DNA of 64,000 nt from Eledone cirrhosa (Eukaryota), in contig OZ024747.1 of the NCBI GenBank assembly GCA_964016885.1, positions 24,614,001-24,678,000 of the forward strand, read 5' to 3'. Under the pieces are notes generated by a model. The model was not told the origin of the DNA, did not search any database, and worked only from the letters and a program-made list of their open reading frames with translations. Shown piece after piece: positions 61,701-64,000 of this stretch. The position numbers and the translations under genes were made by a program. Position 1 is the stretch's first letter. Each line of letters begins with the position of its first letter.

Positions 61701-63504
61701 TGAACCATGTGTCATAGTCCTTGTATTTCACTATGTTCTCTGTCTGTCTTGTTTGTTTTTCCATTATTTGTTACTTTTATAACAGTAGATCTGACTAAGT
61801 ACTGATCTGGTCACTTAACAATTCATCCAACACATGGCATCATGAGAAACAGATGTATGTAGCTGATGGTGTTGGTGTGGTGGTGGTGGTATTTGATAAA
61901 CTTCCAAACAGTTTCAATCTACCAAATTTCACTCACTGAGTATAGATGAACCTAAAGCTATAGTAGAAAGCACTTGGAACTAAAACTGAAACCACATAAC
62001 TGCAAAGCAAACTCTTTAACCACACAGCCATTTCTACTTAAAAATATATAATTGTTAAATGGATAATGGATAATGTTATTGGTACTCAAACCAGTATGTT
62101 ACAGTGGAAATAATTATATTGTCTCTATCCCTCTTACCATCCCCCTCTCTCTCTCATACACACACACACATTGACACATACCACACACATGTGCACACGT
62201 GCACACACATACACACATTTCACAGTGATAAACAAAAGCTGAGATGGTTCTTTAAACAATAGAGAAATGGTAAAGGCGTCCCATCCCCTCTAGCATAATC
62301 TCACTGTAAAATCAATCAAACTCATTCTGCGATACATTCAATTATCTGCTACCATTCCATTCCCTAAACAAAGAATTTTTCTTGTATTGTTTATCAGTAA
62401 AAATAGAGAAAGAGAGAGAAAAAGAGGGAAAGAAAGAGAGAGAATGGCAGAACCTAACACTGCCAAGGGGTTATATATTTCTCTCCATTATTTCAGTTTG
62501 GTAATCTTGCAATAAGGTAAGGAATCAGTGACTCTATTCTATCCCAAGTCTCACTAGTGTTTCCGTTTTGGATTTGGTGCTATTCAAAGGATGTTTTCTT
62601 CCTGAAGACAAACCTTAGGAAAGGTGAAAAAAAAAAACAATTTCTAAATGTCTTAGAATTTTTTGTGTTTTCCTGATTCCTGTCAAAGACATTTGTTTTT
62701 GGAAAATGTTGGCTTCATTTGATGCTCCATAAACAGCACTGGCCTTTTCTTTCGACTACAGTCAGTATGAAGTTTGTCTGCATGTCTGGAAGACACTGTA
62801 TTATTTATTAACTGGATCAGTCTGAATAGATATTTAGTCTAAGAGTCATCGAGTGCTAGACTAAATACTTAGTGCTATTCACCTTTGTCATTTATATATT
62901 CATCTTGGCTATTCAATGCCTGTAATGAAACCTCCCAAAAGTAAGGGAGAAGATCAAAAGAAGTTGACTTTATTTATCAAGATATGGTGCAAGATATCCA
63001 GAAGAGGAAGAAGTAAAGACAACCCTGTGCAATCCAAAGAAATGAATGAGAAGGTGTGGTGGACATCATGTTACATATATTGACAACTTCAAACTGGATA
63101 CATGCCAGAAAAATATCAAAGAACTGAAGATGGCAATGGTGAACAGAAAAGTGTGTAGACTTCTCTGATTTGGTAATATTGTACCAGACATTGCTATTCT
63201 ATTTAAGTGAGAATTTGGAAAGGATCTCAATATATTGGTTCATATTAATCCAAAAGTTCATTATTATCCAAATTCTTTTATGAAAGGTTAAACGTACATG
63301 TTGTGTGTGTGTATGTATGTATATATATATCTTGCAACATATATATATATAGATATATATATATATATATATATCTTGCAACATATTGAGCACTATTTTC
63401 CTTGATCTTTCATCTACGGATTCCTATACATACACACACATATATATACATATATAAAAAACAAAGCGAGGTTTCACATTAAAGCTACTGAACCACCTAT
63501 TATA

Positions 63505-64000
63505 GATATAAATATATACATATATATACATATATATATATATATATACATATATATATACATATACATATATATACATATATATATATACATATATATA
63601 CATATACATATATATACATATATATATATATATACATATATATACATATATATATATATATACATATATACATATATATATATATACATATACATATATA
63701 TATATATACATATATATACATATATATATATACATATATATATATACATATATATATATATACATATATATACATATATATATATACATATATATATATA
63801 CATATATATACATACATATATATATATATACATATATATACATATATATATATACATATATATATATACATATATATACATATATATATATACATATATA
63901 TACATATATATATATATACATATATATATACATATATATACATATATATATATATATATACATATATATATACATATACAGATATATATATATACATATA
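63505..64000. repeat. (TA)n/(TACA)n microsatellite
   Basis: Direct reading. Confidence 0.98.

Overview
Repeat-saturated, AT-rich eukaryotic DNA with no recognisable host gene. The SINE motifs and multi-kb (TA)n tracts suggest an invertebrate, probably an octopod cephalopod (inference). Roughly 12 kb is (TA)n/(TACA)n microsatellite, which produces all the spurious 'YIYI' ORFs. The rest is mostly retroelements: a young 5'-truncated Tx1/L1-clade LINE with a 13-bp TSD, several RTE-clade LINEs and their partner SINEs, and five Penelope-like elements (PLEs) of Neptune-like and Naiad-like type. There are also non-autonomous Helitron ends, piggyBac-like and Tc/mariner-like MITEs and a hAT transposase fossil. 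Main observations: (1) type I hammerhead ribozyme motifs in the 3' ends of three PLE families, one with a compensatory U3-A8 core; (2) a C4HC3 PHD-like finger inserted inside the RT of two RTE families; (3) a tRNA-Glu 3' half + trailer + SINE inserted as one TSD-bounded unit; (4) Tx1 copies apparently targeting (ATCT)n; (5) a 398-codon Naiad frame mostly missed by the ORF track; (6) a 25-bp x ~32 array grown from a SINE motif; (7) a strong minus-strand bias of the large elements. All calls are by eye, without database searches.
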